DNA of 54,789 nucleotides from Gammaproteobacteria bacterium. Its GTDB lineage: Bacteria > Pseudomonadota > Gammaproteobacteria > SZUA-152. Shown here piece by piece: positions 30,002 through 39,067 of this stretch. Each line of letters opens with the position of its first letter. The stretch's first letter is position 1. A program made the position numbers and the translations under genes. Under the pieces are notes generated by a model. The model saw only the letters and a program-made list of their open reading frames with translations. It was not told the origin of the DNA and did no database searches. Where the stretch lies: NCBI GenBank assembly GCA_022627515.1, contig JAKEGK010000125.1:1-54789 (forward strand), given 5' to 3'.

Positions 30002-30448
30002 ATGAAGGAATTTTCCAGGACATTTAATATCCGTTGGGCTGATGTCGATGTAAACCGCCACATGCGGCATTCCGCATATAATGACTACGCAGCCCATGTA
30101 CGAATTCAATTGTTGAAAGAAATCGGCATGGATATCGACACACTCGCCGGCCTGAATTTTGGCCCGGTACTGTTCCGGGAGGAAACTGTCTTTTTCCGGG
30201 AGATCGGCATGAATGAAGATATAAAGGTAAACGTGAAATTGAAAAGCGCGCGCAACGACGGTTCACGCTGGTCATTTGTCCATGAATTTATTAACAACGA
30301 AGGCAAGGTAGCGGCCACCGTTACCGTGGATGGAGCATGGATCGACTTGAAAAAGCGCAAACTCACGGCGTTGCCTGATGAGTGCAGGGAATCGATGTTC
30401 AATATCCCCCGCACCGATGATTTTGCTTTTGAGCCGGACAAAACCTGA
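30002..30448 (+). CDS. Acyl-CoA thioesterase (4HBT/hot-dog fold)
   Basis: Motifs IRWADVDVNRHMRHSAYNDY, GPVLFREETVFFREI and GAWIDLKKRK. Confidence 0.9.
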   Translation: MKEFSRTFNIRWADVDVNRHMRHSAYNDYAAHVRIQLLKEIGMDIDTLAGLNFGPVLFREETVFFREIGMNEDIKVNVKLKSARNDGSRWSFVHEFINNEGKVAATVTVDGAWIDLKKRKLTALPDECRESMFNIPRTDDFAFEPDKT

Positions 30449-30484
30449 TAAACCAAATGAAATACAACATCTGGTTTGCTTTTA

Positions 30485-31831
30485 TTAAAGCAATGCGTAT
30501 CCCAGACCAATAACCGCACAGGCGCCAATAACAGGAACTATTCCAACCTTACATCGGAACAGGGCAATAAATGCCGCTATTCCCATCACAGCTGAAAACC
30601 ATTCAAAATCACCTTCAAAACCCTGCGGCCAAAGCACGTGATAGGCGAAAAAAAGCGCGAGGTTGAGCACGACCCCAACCACGGCCGCGGTTATACCGGT
30701 TAACGGCGCAGTGAATTTCAAATCATGCCGGGTCGCCTCAACCGCTGGTCCGCCAATGAGTATAAAAAGAAAGGACGGCAGAAAAGTAAATAACGTTGCG
30801 ATGGCCGCGCCCGCCGCACCCGCCAGGGGAAGCATTTCTGTTCCAAAGATTTCTTTGGTCCATCCGCCAACGAAACCAACAAACGCGACAATCATAATCA
30901 ACGGACCTGGCGTGGTTTCTCCCAGCGCGAGACCGTCAATCATCTGCGCGGCGCTGAGCCAGCTATAGTGTTCGACGGCGCCCTGATAAACATAGGGCAA
31001 CACGGCGTAAGCGCCGCCAAAAGTAACCAGCGCCGCTTTAGTAAAAAACCACCCCATCTGAGTCAGTGTGCCTTCCCAGCCATAGGTCATGGCAAGCAGT
31101 GTCATGACAGCACTCCAGATAACCAGACCCGCCAAGCTGAACGCAACCATTCGCCTCAATTTGAACCGTGCATGCATAGGAACCGCGGTATCGTCATCGA
31201 TGAAGGCGGGGCCGTAGGATTTATTCGAAGCGGCATGGTGACCGCCAGCCTTGAATTTTTCAGGCGCGAATCGTGAACCTGCGTAGCCAATGACGCCTGC
31301 CATTACCACGATATAGGGAAAAGGCGCAGCGAAGAGAAATATGGCCGCAAATGCCAATACGGCTATCGCGCGCAGCACATTATTCGTCAATGCACGGGAG
31401 CCAATACGGTAGGCTGCGAAAATCACAATTGCCGTCACAGCGGGCTTGATACCATACAAGATACCTTTAACAACCGGCACATCGCCATAGGCCAGATAGA
31501 TCCACGTTAATGCAATGAGTATGAATAGCGATGGCAGGACAAACAGCACCCCGGCAACAATGCCACCCCATACTCCATGCATTAACCAGCCAATATAAGT
31601 TGCGAGTTGTTGCGCCTCAGGTCCTGGCAGCACCATCGTATAATTAAGCGCATGCAAAAACCGGTGTTCAGAAATCCATTTTCGTTTTTCCACCAGTTCC
31701 TGATGCATCATGCTGATCTGCCCAGCCGGTCCACCAAAACTGATAAAGCCCAGCTTAAACCAATACGCGAATGCGTCCAGAAACGATACCGGCTTTACAG
31801 GCTCTGACACTATTTGGGCGGACGCGGACAT
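30485..31831 (-). CDS. chrA: Chromate efflux transporter (long-chain CHR family)
   Basis: Two CHR domains with KLGFISFGGPAGQI, LPGPEAQQLA, ALVTFGGAYAVL and GETTPGPLIM. Confidence 0.95.
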   Translation of the reverse strand: MSASAQIVSEPVKPVSFLDAFAYWFKLGFISFGGPAGQISMMHQELVEKRKWISEHRFLHALNYTMVLPGPEAQQLATYIGWLMHGVWGGIVAGVLFVLPSLFILIALTWIYLAYGDVPVVKGILYGIKPAVTAIVIFAAYRIGSRALTNNVLRAIAVLAFAAIFLFAAPFPYIVVMAGVIGYAGSRFAPEKFKAGGHHAASNKSYGPAFIDDDTAVPMHARFKLRRMVAFSLAGLVIWSAVMTLLAMTYGWEGTLTQMGWFFTKAALVTFGGAYAVLPYVYQGAVEHYSWLSAAQMIDGLALGETTPGPLIMIVAFVGFVGGWTKEIFGTEMLPLAGAAGAAIATLFTFLPSFLFILIGGPAVEATRHDLKFTAPLTGITAAVVGVVLNLALFFAYHVLWPQGFEGDFEWFSAVMGIAAFIALFRCKVGIVPVIGACAVIGLGYALL

Positions 31832-33255
31832 TTTCCTATTTTTCCAAACTAATATTTTTAAACTTGCATTTATGAGAGCTTTATTGAGTTTTAACCAGAA
31901 GCGGCCGGTTGTTTAATAATGCACACAGAAATGGTGCTGGGAAATAAGGACGCCAATCAGCTAGTCTGCTACTAATATAATAATATATAAAGAAATATTT
32001 TCCACCCGGACCACGCTTTCTACATCTATAACCATCCGGTTGACCGATGAAAATACTCTGTTTTAGCAGGAATAAGGCTTACGGGACAGTTGCATATAAA
32101 TAAGCCGCGCCTTGAAACAATGTAATAAAAAGGCGTAGCGTAACTGAAAGATTTGACAGGTAATGCATTAAAAAACCAAGTAAAGAAGCGATGCTGCTTA
32201 TTTTTTTACGGCTATGAATACGACTATGACTTGCAAAGAAACCGGTGAACGTGCAAAAAATCGGCTCCTTTAACCAAGGTTGTGGTGCGCAAGAAATTCT
32301 TGCGCCAGGCTTAAATCCCGAGCGCAAATGGTTTATGAGCCAACACGGACAAGGCTAGGCTATCAACCTTATTTTTTTCTCAACTGTGGTGACACTTAAT
32401 CTTACCCAGGAATTACACATGAGGACAGAGAAAAGAAATAGAAACACAGCTGAAAAACGTGCACCATTGCTGGAGTTTCAGAAACCTTCGTCCCAAACTT
32501 GTATAATGTTCCAGTTGTATAACTCTACCCGAAGGCCATTTGGCCTTGTCAATAAGCGACAACAGCGAAGCTAAATCACTGATGTTGCATATTCTTGGTA
32601 AGCTCGCCATAACTGCTTGACAATTTTTTTGCATCACTAGGGTCTATTACACCACAAAGTTACATCAGGCTTATTGATTCATTGCCTGCAGGTAATTGTT
32701 GAAAATATTCCCTCAGATTTTTCTTCTTTTGATAAGAGCAACCGCGCCCATATTCCAAAAACCCGGCATGCACAATCACCGGTCCCGATTACCGCTACAT
32801 GCTTAGTTGCTGAATTGATATAACTCGTTAATTACCCGGTGGTTTCATCAACTGCGCACCTTAGTGCGAATCTTTCTCTATTGGCCTCTCACTTTATGCG
32901 CTATTCAGTTGCGGTAATTGCGCGCAGCGCATAATCGATTTTCTGAAACACCAGTTTGCAAATTATTGCCCGACTACGTATTGACAACATCCCTTTTGCA
33001 AGGTGCATAATAGGCTCACATCTACGGTAAATCTTTCTTGGTTAAAATGGAGTAACCGGCCAAGTCCATCCTGGTTGATCTCTTTGCGGTTATCTTAGCT
33101 GTTTTCTTTATTGTTCTGGTGTTTTCGAGTAAGTAACTCTCAGAAACGTTGGAGCGAACACTTACTCAATCTACCAGCCACTCATCAATGCTTACGCATC
33201 AGCAATGTGCTGCGTGCGTCTCATTCCAGCAGCCATACGTGGGGAGGTTGTGGTT

Positions 33256-34968
33256 ATGCGCGGTTGCAGATATAGAGTTTTACTTTCAGTTCTTCTGGTT
33301 GTCCTCGCCGGTTGTGGTGGCGGTGGCGATGACAATGGCGGTGGAAATGCCCCAGCTGAAACACAGGAAAAAATCAGCCTGAACGGGCTAACGATCAGTC
33401 ATACCGACCAACGGCGCGGACAGAATTGCATGGAATGCCATTTTGCCGGGAATAATCCCATTGTCTACACGGTGGCGGGAACTGTTTATCAATTGAATAA
33501 TTTTACGGCGTTATATCCCAATGCCTTGATCAAGTTTTATAGCGGACCAAATGGCGCCGGCTTGCTGCTTGGCGAAATCGAAGTCGATGCCAACGGAAAT
33601 TTCTACACAACAGAGTCTATGGAGTTTTCATCCGGCGTTTATCCCGCAATAGAAGGCGCCGCAGGTGAAACGCCAATTTATATGGGCAATTTCATCACTC
33701 ATGGTGAATGCAATAGTTGTCACGGTGCATCAACTTTACCCATATATATGGGACAGGAACTGGTAGATAATGTTGAACGAGTCAGTGAACATGGTCTGAC
33801 CTTAAGCCATACCGATGACCGCCGTGGTTCGGACTGCATGACCTGCCATACCGGTTATACAATTGCCGGAACCGTATACGACCTTGGGCTCGAGAACTTT
33901 TATGCCGACGCGACCTTATATTTTTACACAGAACCTGAAGGGGGTGGCCGTCTTGTGGAAACGCTGGAAGCCGATGCCAATGGTAATTTTTATACCACAC
34001 TTCCGGTAACTTTTGATACCGGCCTGTATCCTGTAATTGAAAGCTCCGATGGTATCGATCATCAATATATGCCCAGCAGCACCACGACTGGTTCCTGTAA
34101 CAGTTGCCACGGAATCAGCGTACTGCCGATTTATTCAGGGGAAAAAGTCCACAAGTTAATCAGTCAACACGGAACCACAACCAGCCACACCGATGAACGC
34201 CGTGGTCAAAATTGCATGAACTGCCATATCCAGGGCACGGGCAATCCCTACATCTACTCCATGGCGGGTACTGTTTATCAATTGAATGATCCTACCCAGG
34301 TATATCCCAACGCAACGCTTAACTTGTATTCGCGTCCTGATGGCAAGGGAGATTTGGCGGCAACGATAGAAGTCGATGCCAACGGCAACTTTTTTACAAC
34401 GGAGCCGATTGATTTTACGGCGGGTTTGTATCCGGCAATTACCGGCAACGCCAGTGATGATCCAATTTATATGCCTGCCAGCACCGCCAGTGGCGAATGC
34501 AACAACTGCCATAACGGCGTTGGACTAACCCGGATTGTCGCGGCAGGGGAACCTGTGGGGCGTGTCAGTGCGCATGGCACAACATACAGCCATACCGATG
34601 GCCGGCGCGGTGTAAATTGCTTAAGTTGCCATAATATTGGAGGAAGCAATCCCTATCAATATTCAGTGGCCGGTACCGTTTATGAAATTAATTTGCAGAA
34701 ATTTTATCCTGACGCAACGCTGTATTTGTACAGTGGCCCGCAGGGATCAGGCGACCTGGTGGCAACCATTGAAGTTGATGGTAACGGGAATTTTTACACC
34801 ACTGAGCTAATTGACTTGGGAAATGGTCAGGGTACTGGTGTCTATCCCGCCATAGTGGGGCGTAATATTGATTCGCCAATCCATTATATGAATGAACGCA
34901 CCAATGAAGGAGGATGCAGTAACAGCAGTTGTCACGGTGTTACCCGTGCGCCGATTTATGCCGAATAA
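33256..34968 (+). CDS. Octaheme c-type cytochrome lipoprotein made of four tandem diheme/beta-sandwich modules
   Basis: ATG 33256 with GGAGG upstream; lipobox LAGC. Seven CxxCH motifs plus one CSNSSCH. Four repeats of SHTD.RRG..C..CH...AGTVY...E.D.NGNF.TT...YP.I...YM...G.C..CH. Confidence 0.88.
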   Translation: MRGCRYRVLLSVLLVVLAGCGGGGDDNGGGNAPAETQEKISLNGLTISHTDQRRGQNCMECHFAGNNPIVYTVAGTVYQLNNFTALYPNALIKFYSGPNGAGLLLGEIEVDANGNFYTTESMEFSSGVYPAIEGAAGETPIYMGNFITHGECNSCHGASTLPIYMGQELVDNVERVSEHGLTLSHTDDRRGSDCMTCHTGYTIAGTVYDLGLENFYADATLYFYTEPEGGGRLVETLEADANGNFYTTLPVTFDTGLYPVIESSDGIDHQYMPSSTTTGSCNSCHGISVLPIYSGEKVHKLISQHGTTTSHTDERRGQNCMNCHIQGTGNPYIYSMAGTVYQLNDPTQVYPNATLNLYSRPDGKGDLAATIEVDANGNFFTTEPIDFTAGLYPAITGNASDDPIYMPASTASGECNNCHNGVGLTRIVAAGEPVGRVSAHGTTYSHTDGRRGVNCLSCHNIGGSNPYQYSVAGTVYEINLQKFYPDATLYLYSGPQGSGDLVATIEVDGNGNFYTTELIDLGNGQGTGVYPAIVGRNIDSPIHYMNERTNEGGCSNSSCHGVTRAPIYAE

Positions 34969-34985
34969 ATTATTTGCGCAATACA

Positions 34986-35026
34986 TTTGTTAACGGGATG
35001 CGACCAGCACTTGTCCCGTTAACAAA
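34986..35026. terminator. Putative intrinsic terminator / inverted repeat after the octaheme gene
   Basis: 13-bp inverted repeat TTTGTTAACGGGA...TCCCGTTAACAAA just after the stop codon. Confidence 0.55.
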
Positions 35027-35071
35027 ATATGAAGTGCCAATAAAAAGTGCTTTAATCCGGAGAATGTCACA

Positions 35072-35275
35072 ATGAGTAACAAAATGTTAAGTGTAGCCGT
35101 AATTCTTGTCATTGCCATAATTGCTGCGTTCGCGAATACCGACGATAAATGGCAGGATAGCAGCGCAAGCAATGCGGCCGCCGGCAGCGGCAGTGTGGAA
35201 AGCCGGTCGGAACCCGCTAGCGTGGTTGAAGAGAAAAAAGAGCCCAAGACCAATTGGGAATACGGGCGTTACTAA
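35072..35275 (+). CDS. Small exported or membrane-anchored hypothetical protein
   Basis: GGAG upstream; hydrophobic N-terminus, low-complexity linker and a WEYGRY tail. Confidence 0.5.
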   Translation: MSNKMLSVAVILVIAIIAAFANTDDKWQDSSASNAAAGSGSVESRSEPASVVEEKKEPKTNWEYGRY

Positions 35276-35348
35276 CAGCCCGAAAGGCTAAATTATTCAG
35301 TTAATACGCGATTTATTCTGTAATAAAAATGTTTTTTTTACAAATATT

Positions 35349-35392
35349 GAGTGTTTTCCGGAATTCGCCTTAGGTGAATTCCGGCAACACTC
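35349..35392. repeat. Long imperfect palindrome (stem-loop)
   Basis: GAGTGTTTTCCGGAATTCGCC-TTA-GGTGAATTCCGGCAACACTC; stem of about 20 bp. Confidence 0.6.
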
Positions 35393-35746
35393 CCGGCTTT
35401 AATTTCAGGCCACATATTGCTTTTATTTTTGGTTCTGGTTATTTGATTTCCATTACGTTTAAAGATGTATATTCATTAACTGCGCGTATAGGCAGCCTGC
35501 GTTTGACACTTTAGAGTATATTCATAATCAATCCTGTATGACATTTGCCGGTAATGTCATTGCATCTTTATAAATCCAGTGCTCCGGACAATAAAACTTC
35601 ACACCAATAGATCACCGCACTCATAAGCACGATCACACAAACAAAGTTAAGTTGAATGATGACATTTTATTTAGGGTCTTTTTATCAATCACTACCCGTC
35701 TTCCCTACGTTCTTAATACATATATACTGTCTGAAATTGGTAATAC

Positions 35747-35774
35747 TTGACTATTTTACTATGTCTTCTATAGT
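35747..35774 (+). promoter_or_regulatory. Putative sigma70 promoter for the three-gene cluster at 35.8-37.0 kb
   Basis: TTGACT-N16-TATAGT, about 35 nt upstream of the ATG at 35809, which has an AAGGAGG RBS. Confidence 0.5.
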
Positions 35775-35808
35775 TTATTTACAGGTACTCCATAAAGGAG
35801 GCATGCCC

Positions 35809-36018
35809 ATGAATATTCGCACAACCACCGATCCTATTTCACTCCGCGATGTGCCAGATCCCGATCATCATCCTTGCATTTACGAAGGTGATGGCGATAA
35901 CGGCATTGAAATCTATTTCGAGTCTGAAGAGAACCGCCAGACTTATATGCAAATCGAAGTCACTGACCACATAGTACTGCAAAGCAACCTGTCCGACAGC
36001 TACGTTGCGGAAGGATAG
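35809..36018 (+). CDS. Small acidic YHS/TRASH-like hypothetical protein (69 aa)
   Basis: Strong AAGGAGG RBS before ATG 35809; the ORF-track start at 35656 is probably too early. TDPIS...IYEG.....IYFESEENRQTY resembles a YHS domain without the usual cysteines. Confidence 0.65.
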   Translation: MNIRTTTDPISLRDVPDPDHHPCIYEGDGDNGIEIYFESEENRQTYMQIEVTDHIVLQSNLSDSYVAEG

Positions 36019-36149
36019 CGATCACAATTTTATTAAGCAACTTTATTTTATTAGCTTCAGCAATCTGGCAGCCGCATCGCATGGGGTTAGTCCCATGTCG
36101 CAACACAGCAATATAAAAACCTTTTTTAATAAATTCTCCGGGGGAAGAT

Positions 36150-36473
36150 ATGACTTATTTAGCAACAGTTTCGTCATTGGATTGTGACGAGGAAGGCTTT
36201 CTAAGGGATCCGACAACCTGGAATGTGTCAGTCGCCGAACAACTTGCCAGCTTGCACGGTATTGACCAGCTGGATGGAAAACAATGGGCGCTGATTACTT
36301 CGTTACGGCAATATTATTTTTCCTATAACCACTTGCCGCCGCCACGCCGGATTTGCCGTATCCATGAAATGTCGAACAGCTGCATGAGCATTTTGTTCGA
36401 TAATCACGGGATAGAAGCCTGGCGGATTGCCGGATTACCCGATCCCGGCGAAGAAGTAAAATCTTACATGTAG
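36150..36473 (+). CDS. TusE/DsrC/DsvC-family protein lacking the C-terminal catalytic Cys (RpsA-type)
   Basis: Family motifs DEEGFLRDPTTWNVSVAEQLA and QWALITSLRQYY. It ends AWRIAGLPDPGEEVKSYM with no terminal Cys. Confidence 0.88.
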   Translation: MTYLATVSSLDCDEEGFLRDPTTWNVSVAEQLASLHGIDQLDGKQWALITSLRQYYFSYNHLPPPRRICRIHEMSNSCMSILFDNHGIEAWRIAGLPDPGEEVKSYM

Positions 36474-36520
36474 CGATACGGGCTTCTTTACCCAATTATC
36501 CAGCGCACGGGGAATTGACC

Positions 36521-36970
36521 ATGATGCGACGAATATTTTTTCTATTACCAGATCCCGAACACGCCAGACTTGTAGTTGACGACTTAAAACTTCAGCGGAT
36601 TGATCAGACACGCCTGCATATTATCTCCGGGCCGGAAAAGGATAGAGTTTACAAAATCGAAAGGAGCTTATGGTCCGGTAACATTGTTCTGTTTTTTTTG
36701 GCGACATTTATTACTTTCTTTTTCCTTGGGTTTGAGCTGTATCATTTCGCCGCTATCACACTCGCGATTATGTTTACATGTTTGATCCTGGGCACTCTTT
36801 TCACAATCAAGATTCCCAATGTGCATGTTTCAGAATTTGACGCAGCTTTAAAACACAGGGAAGTGTTGTTGATAGTGGATGCCGACAAACAGCAGATGCA
36901 TGATATTGATAACATAGTGCATCGCCGCCATCCGGAAGCGATTACCGGTGGAGTGGGCTGGACCTTATAA
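36521..36970 (+). CDS. Conserved two-TM membrane protein
   Basis: N-terminus MRRIFFLLPDPEHARLVVDDL, two TM helices, C-terminus EVLLIVD...VHRRHPEA..GGVGW. Confidence 0.72.
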   Translation: MMRRIFFLLPDPEHARLVVDDLKLQRIDQTRLHIISGPEKDRVYKIERSLWSGNIVLFFLATFITFFFLGFELYHFAAITLAIMFTCLILGTLFTIKIPNVHVSEFDAALKHREVLLIVDADKQQMHDIDNIVHRRHPEAITGGVGWTL

Positions 36971-37338
36971 TATTTTGAAGTACCATCCGCGGTAAATAAC
37001 AGAACCTGCCTTAACATAACTGCGCCTGGCAAACTGCTCCCGCACGAGTTTATCCATGATTTTGAATGCGTAAACCAAGTGCGACTATGCGCCAGGAAAA
37101 ATTGCTGCATGCGTATTTTCCGAGTGCTCGTAATCTCAAATGCGTTATTTTGTAAGAAATCCATGTCAATTCTGTAAATTTATGTAAATTCATATTGTGT
37201 GCGTTAAACCACATAGAATGCAGGCTTGAATCACTTAATAAATTCGAGTAAGTTCGGTCTCCACGTAATTATAAAAGGTAATCAATACAATTAAATATTT
37301 CATTCATAGTTGTTCAAAATTAAGGGCGGAACTTACTC

Positions 37339-38766
37339 ATGGACATACAACACAGGGATGTAGTGTTTGTCAGGACCACTGGCTTTTCATTAATCACTTT
37401 ACTTTTTATTCTAATTCTCGCCACCAGCGCCTGCGCACCCGCGTCCACAGACAGCGCGCAAAATCAAGTGTCCGGTGCTATAGAACCCGCGAAAGCCGAA
37501 GCCGGCGCCATCCAATTTAGAAACGCCGGAAACACTGTACAACTGGATGCTTCTGGATCGAGCGGTACAGGTCTAACTTATCATTGGACATTTAGAAGTA
37601 TTCCATCGGGGAGCACGGCGCGGGTTTCCGATTTTGAAGCAATAAATCCCACATTTGTCGTCGAACAGCCCGGGAGCTATGTAGCGCAATTGATCGTAAT
37701 GGATGGCGCCAATGGCACATCCAAGGATTTTACGGTAGTTAATATTGCGGCAACACAAGGAGGAGAACTCAATGCGAGCCTGCTGGACCACACCGGCCTC
37801 GATGCAAACTGTCAGTCTTGCCATAATGGCGTTAACGCATCCGGCCGGCCTGTTAATCACATAGAATCAACTGAGGAATGCGTGGTATGCCACACCGTTG
37901 CAGCGTGGACACCGAACATTGCGATTGATCACAATGAAATCCTTGGTACATGCTCAAATTGCCACAATGGAATCCGGGCGCCAGGGATGCCAGCGACCCA
38001 TATCGTAACATTCGAAGAATGTAATCTTTGCCACAACGCGGGCACCACGTTCTCTGTGGCCATAATGCCGGCTGAAACCTTGACTACGCTTGATGACCAT
38101 CCCCCAATCGGTGATTTACTGTGCATAGACTGTCACAATAATGTGGTTGAAGAAGGCAAACCGGCCGATCACATACCCGCCTCCGACAATTGTGAATCAT
38201 GTCATACGACCAGCGACTGGGAAGTTGGCGTTACCAGTGGCGACGGCAGTGAAGATGACGAGGTTGAAGGTGATGAGGACGACGATGACGAAAGCAGCGA
38301 AGAAGAGAATGATCATCCTCCCATTGGGGATCTGTTATGCATAGATTGTCATAACAATGTGGTTGAAGAAGGCAAAGAGGACGACCACATTCTGACAACT
38401 GACCTGTGTGAAGCCTGCCACAACACCAATGATTGGGAACCGGTGGTGACCGTTGATCATACCCAGGTCATTGGCGAATGCAGCAGTTGCCATGATAACG
38501 ATACCGCGCAAGGCAAACCCGACGACCATATTGTTACAACCCAGGAATGTAACGTCTGTCACAGCACCACCGAATGGACACCTACAATTTCAGGCGCTGG
38601 CGGAACCGGCGGAGGCAGTTCGGGCGGCACGGTTGACCACAGTAATTTTACGCAGGCAACAGTATGCATGGATTGTCATAACGGTACCATTGCAACAGGC
38701 AAACCCGCCGGGCATGTGATAACCAGTTCAGATTGTGACGTCTGCCATACCACCACGGCATGGTAA
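37339..38766 (+). CDS. Dodecaheme c-type cytochrome with an N-terminal PKD/Ig-like domain (possible lipoprotein)
   Basis: Hydrophobic leader ending TSAC. PKD-like segment VQLDASGSSG..LTYHW...PTF....PGSYVAQLIV.DG. Twelve CxxCH motifs arranged as six H...C..CH...G.P..H.....C..CH units. Confidence 0.9.
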   Translation: MDIQHRDVVFVRTTGFSLITLLFILILATSACAPASTDSAQNQVSGAIEPAKAEAGAIQFRNAGNTVQLDASGSSGTGLTYHWTFRSIPSGSTARVSDFEAINPTFVVEQPGSYVAQLIVMDGANGTSKDFTVVNIAATQGGELNASLLDHTGLDANCQSCHNGVNASGRPVNHIESTEECVVCHTVAAWTPNIAIDHNEILGTCSNCHNGIRAPGMPATHIVTFEECNLCHNAGTTFSVAIMPAETLTTLDDHPPIGDLLCIDCHNNVVEEGKPADHIPASDNCESCHTTSDWEVGVTSGDGSEDDEVEGDEDDDDESSEEENDHPPIGDLLCIDCHNNVVEEGKEDDHILTTDLCEACHNTNDWEPVVTVDHTQVIGECSSCHDNDTAQGKPDDHIVTTQECNVCHSTTEWTPTISGAGGTGGGSSGGTVDHSNFTQATVCMDCHNGTIATGKPAGHVITSSDCDVCHTTTAW

Positions 38767-38805
38767 ATCCAGGTACACACAGTGCTTCAATAACTTTACG
38801 GCAAA

Positions 38806-38834
38806 GCGGGCCAGCAAATCATTGTCTGGCCCGC
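38806..38834. terminator. GC-rich hairpin after the dodecaheme gene
   Basis: GCGGGCCAG-N11-CTGGCCCGC; the U-tract is weak. Confidence 0.45.
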
Positions 38835-38845
38835 CAAACTATTTA

Positions 38846-39010
38846 GAACCTATCTCAAAACTGATAAGTCAGCGGATTCGGGGATGCTTTTCAAAACCAT
38901 GTCTCAGCAGTATTTTTAATGCCAGAGATCTGTTGGCGTTAGACAGTCACTGATCTGCAATTTATTTTGCGGGACAGCAGTGAGCTGAATTGTAATTTTG
39001 AGATAGGTTC
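38846..39010. mobile_element. MITE-like element, copy 1 (165 bp)
   Basis: Perfect 15-bp terminal inverted repeats GAACCTATCTCAAAA / TTTTGAGATAGGTTC and no ORF. The same end sequence occurs at 51294. Confidence 0.7.
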
Positions 39011-39067
39011 CAGATATCGATACTAACAACCTTGGTCACACTACCGTTCACAAGTAATTCGCTATGG

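Noticed and set aside
30002-30448. Thioesterase as the ybgC gene of a tol-pal operon
   Set aside because: It is on the opposite strand, 2 kb from the motor operon, and separated from it by two genes.
31832-33040. Short ORFs of 62-82 aa in the long spacer after chrA
   Set aside because: They have no RBS or motif support, and overlap on opposite strands in AT-rich DNA.
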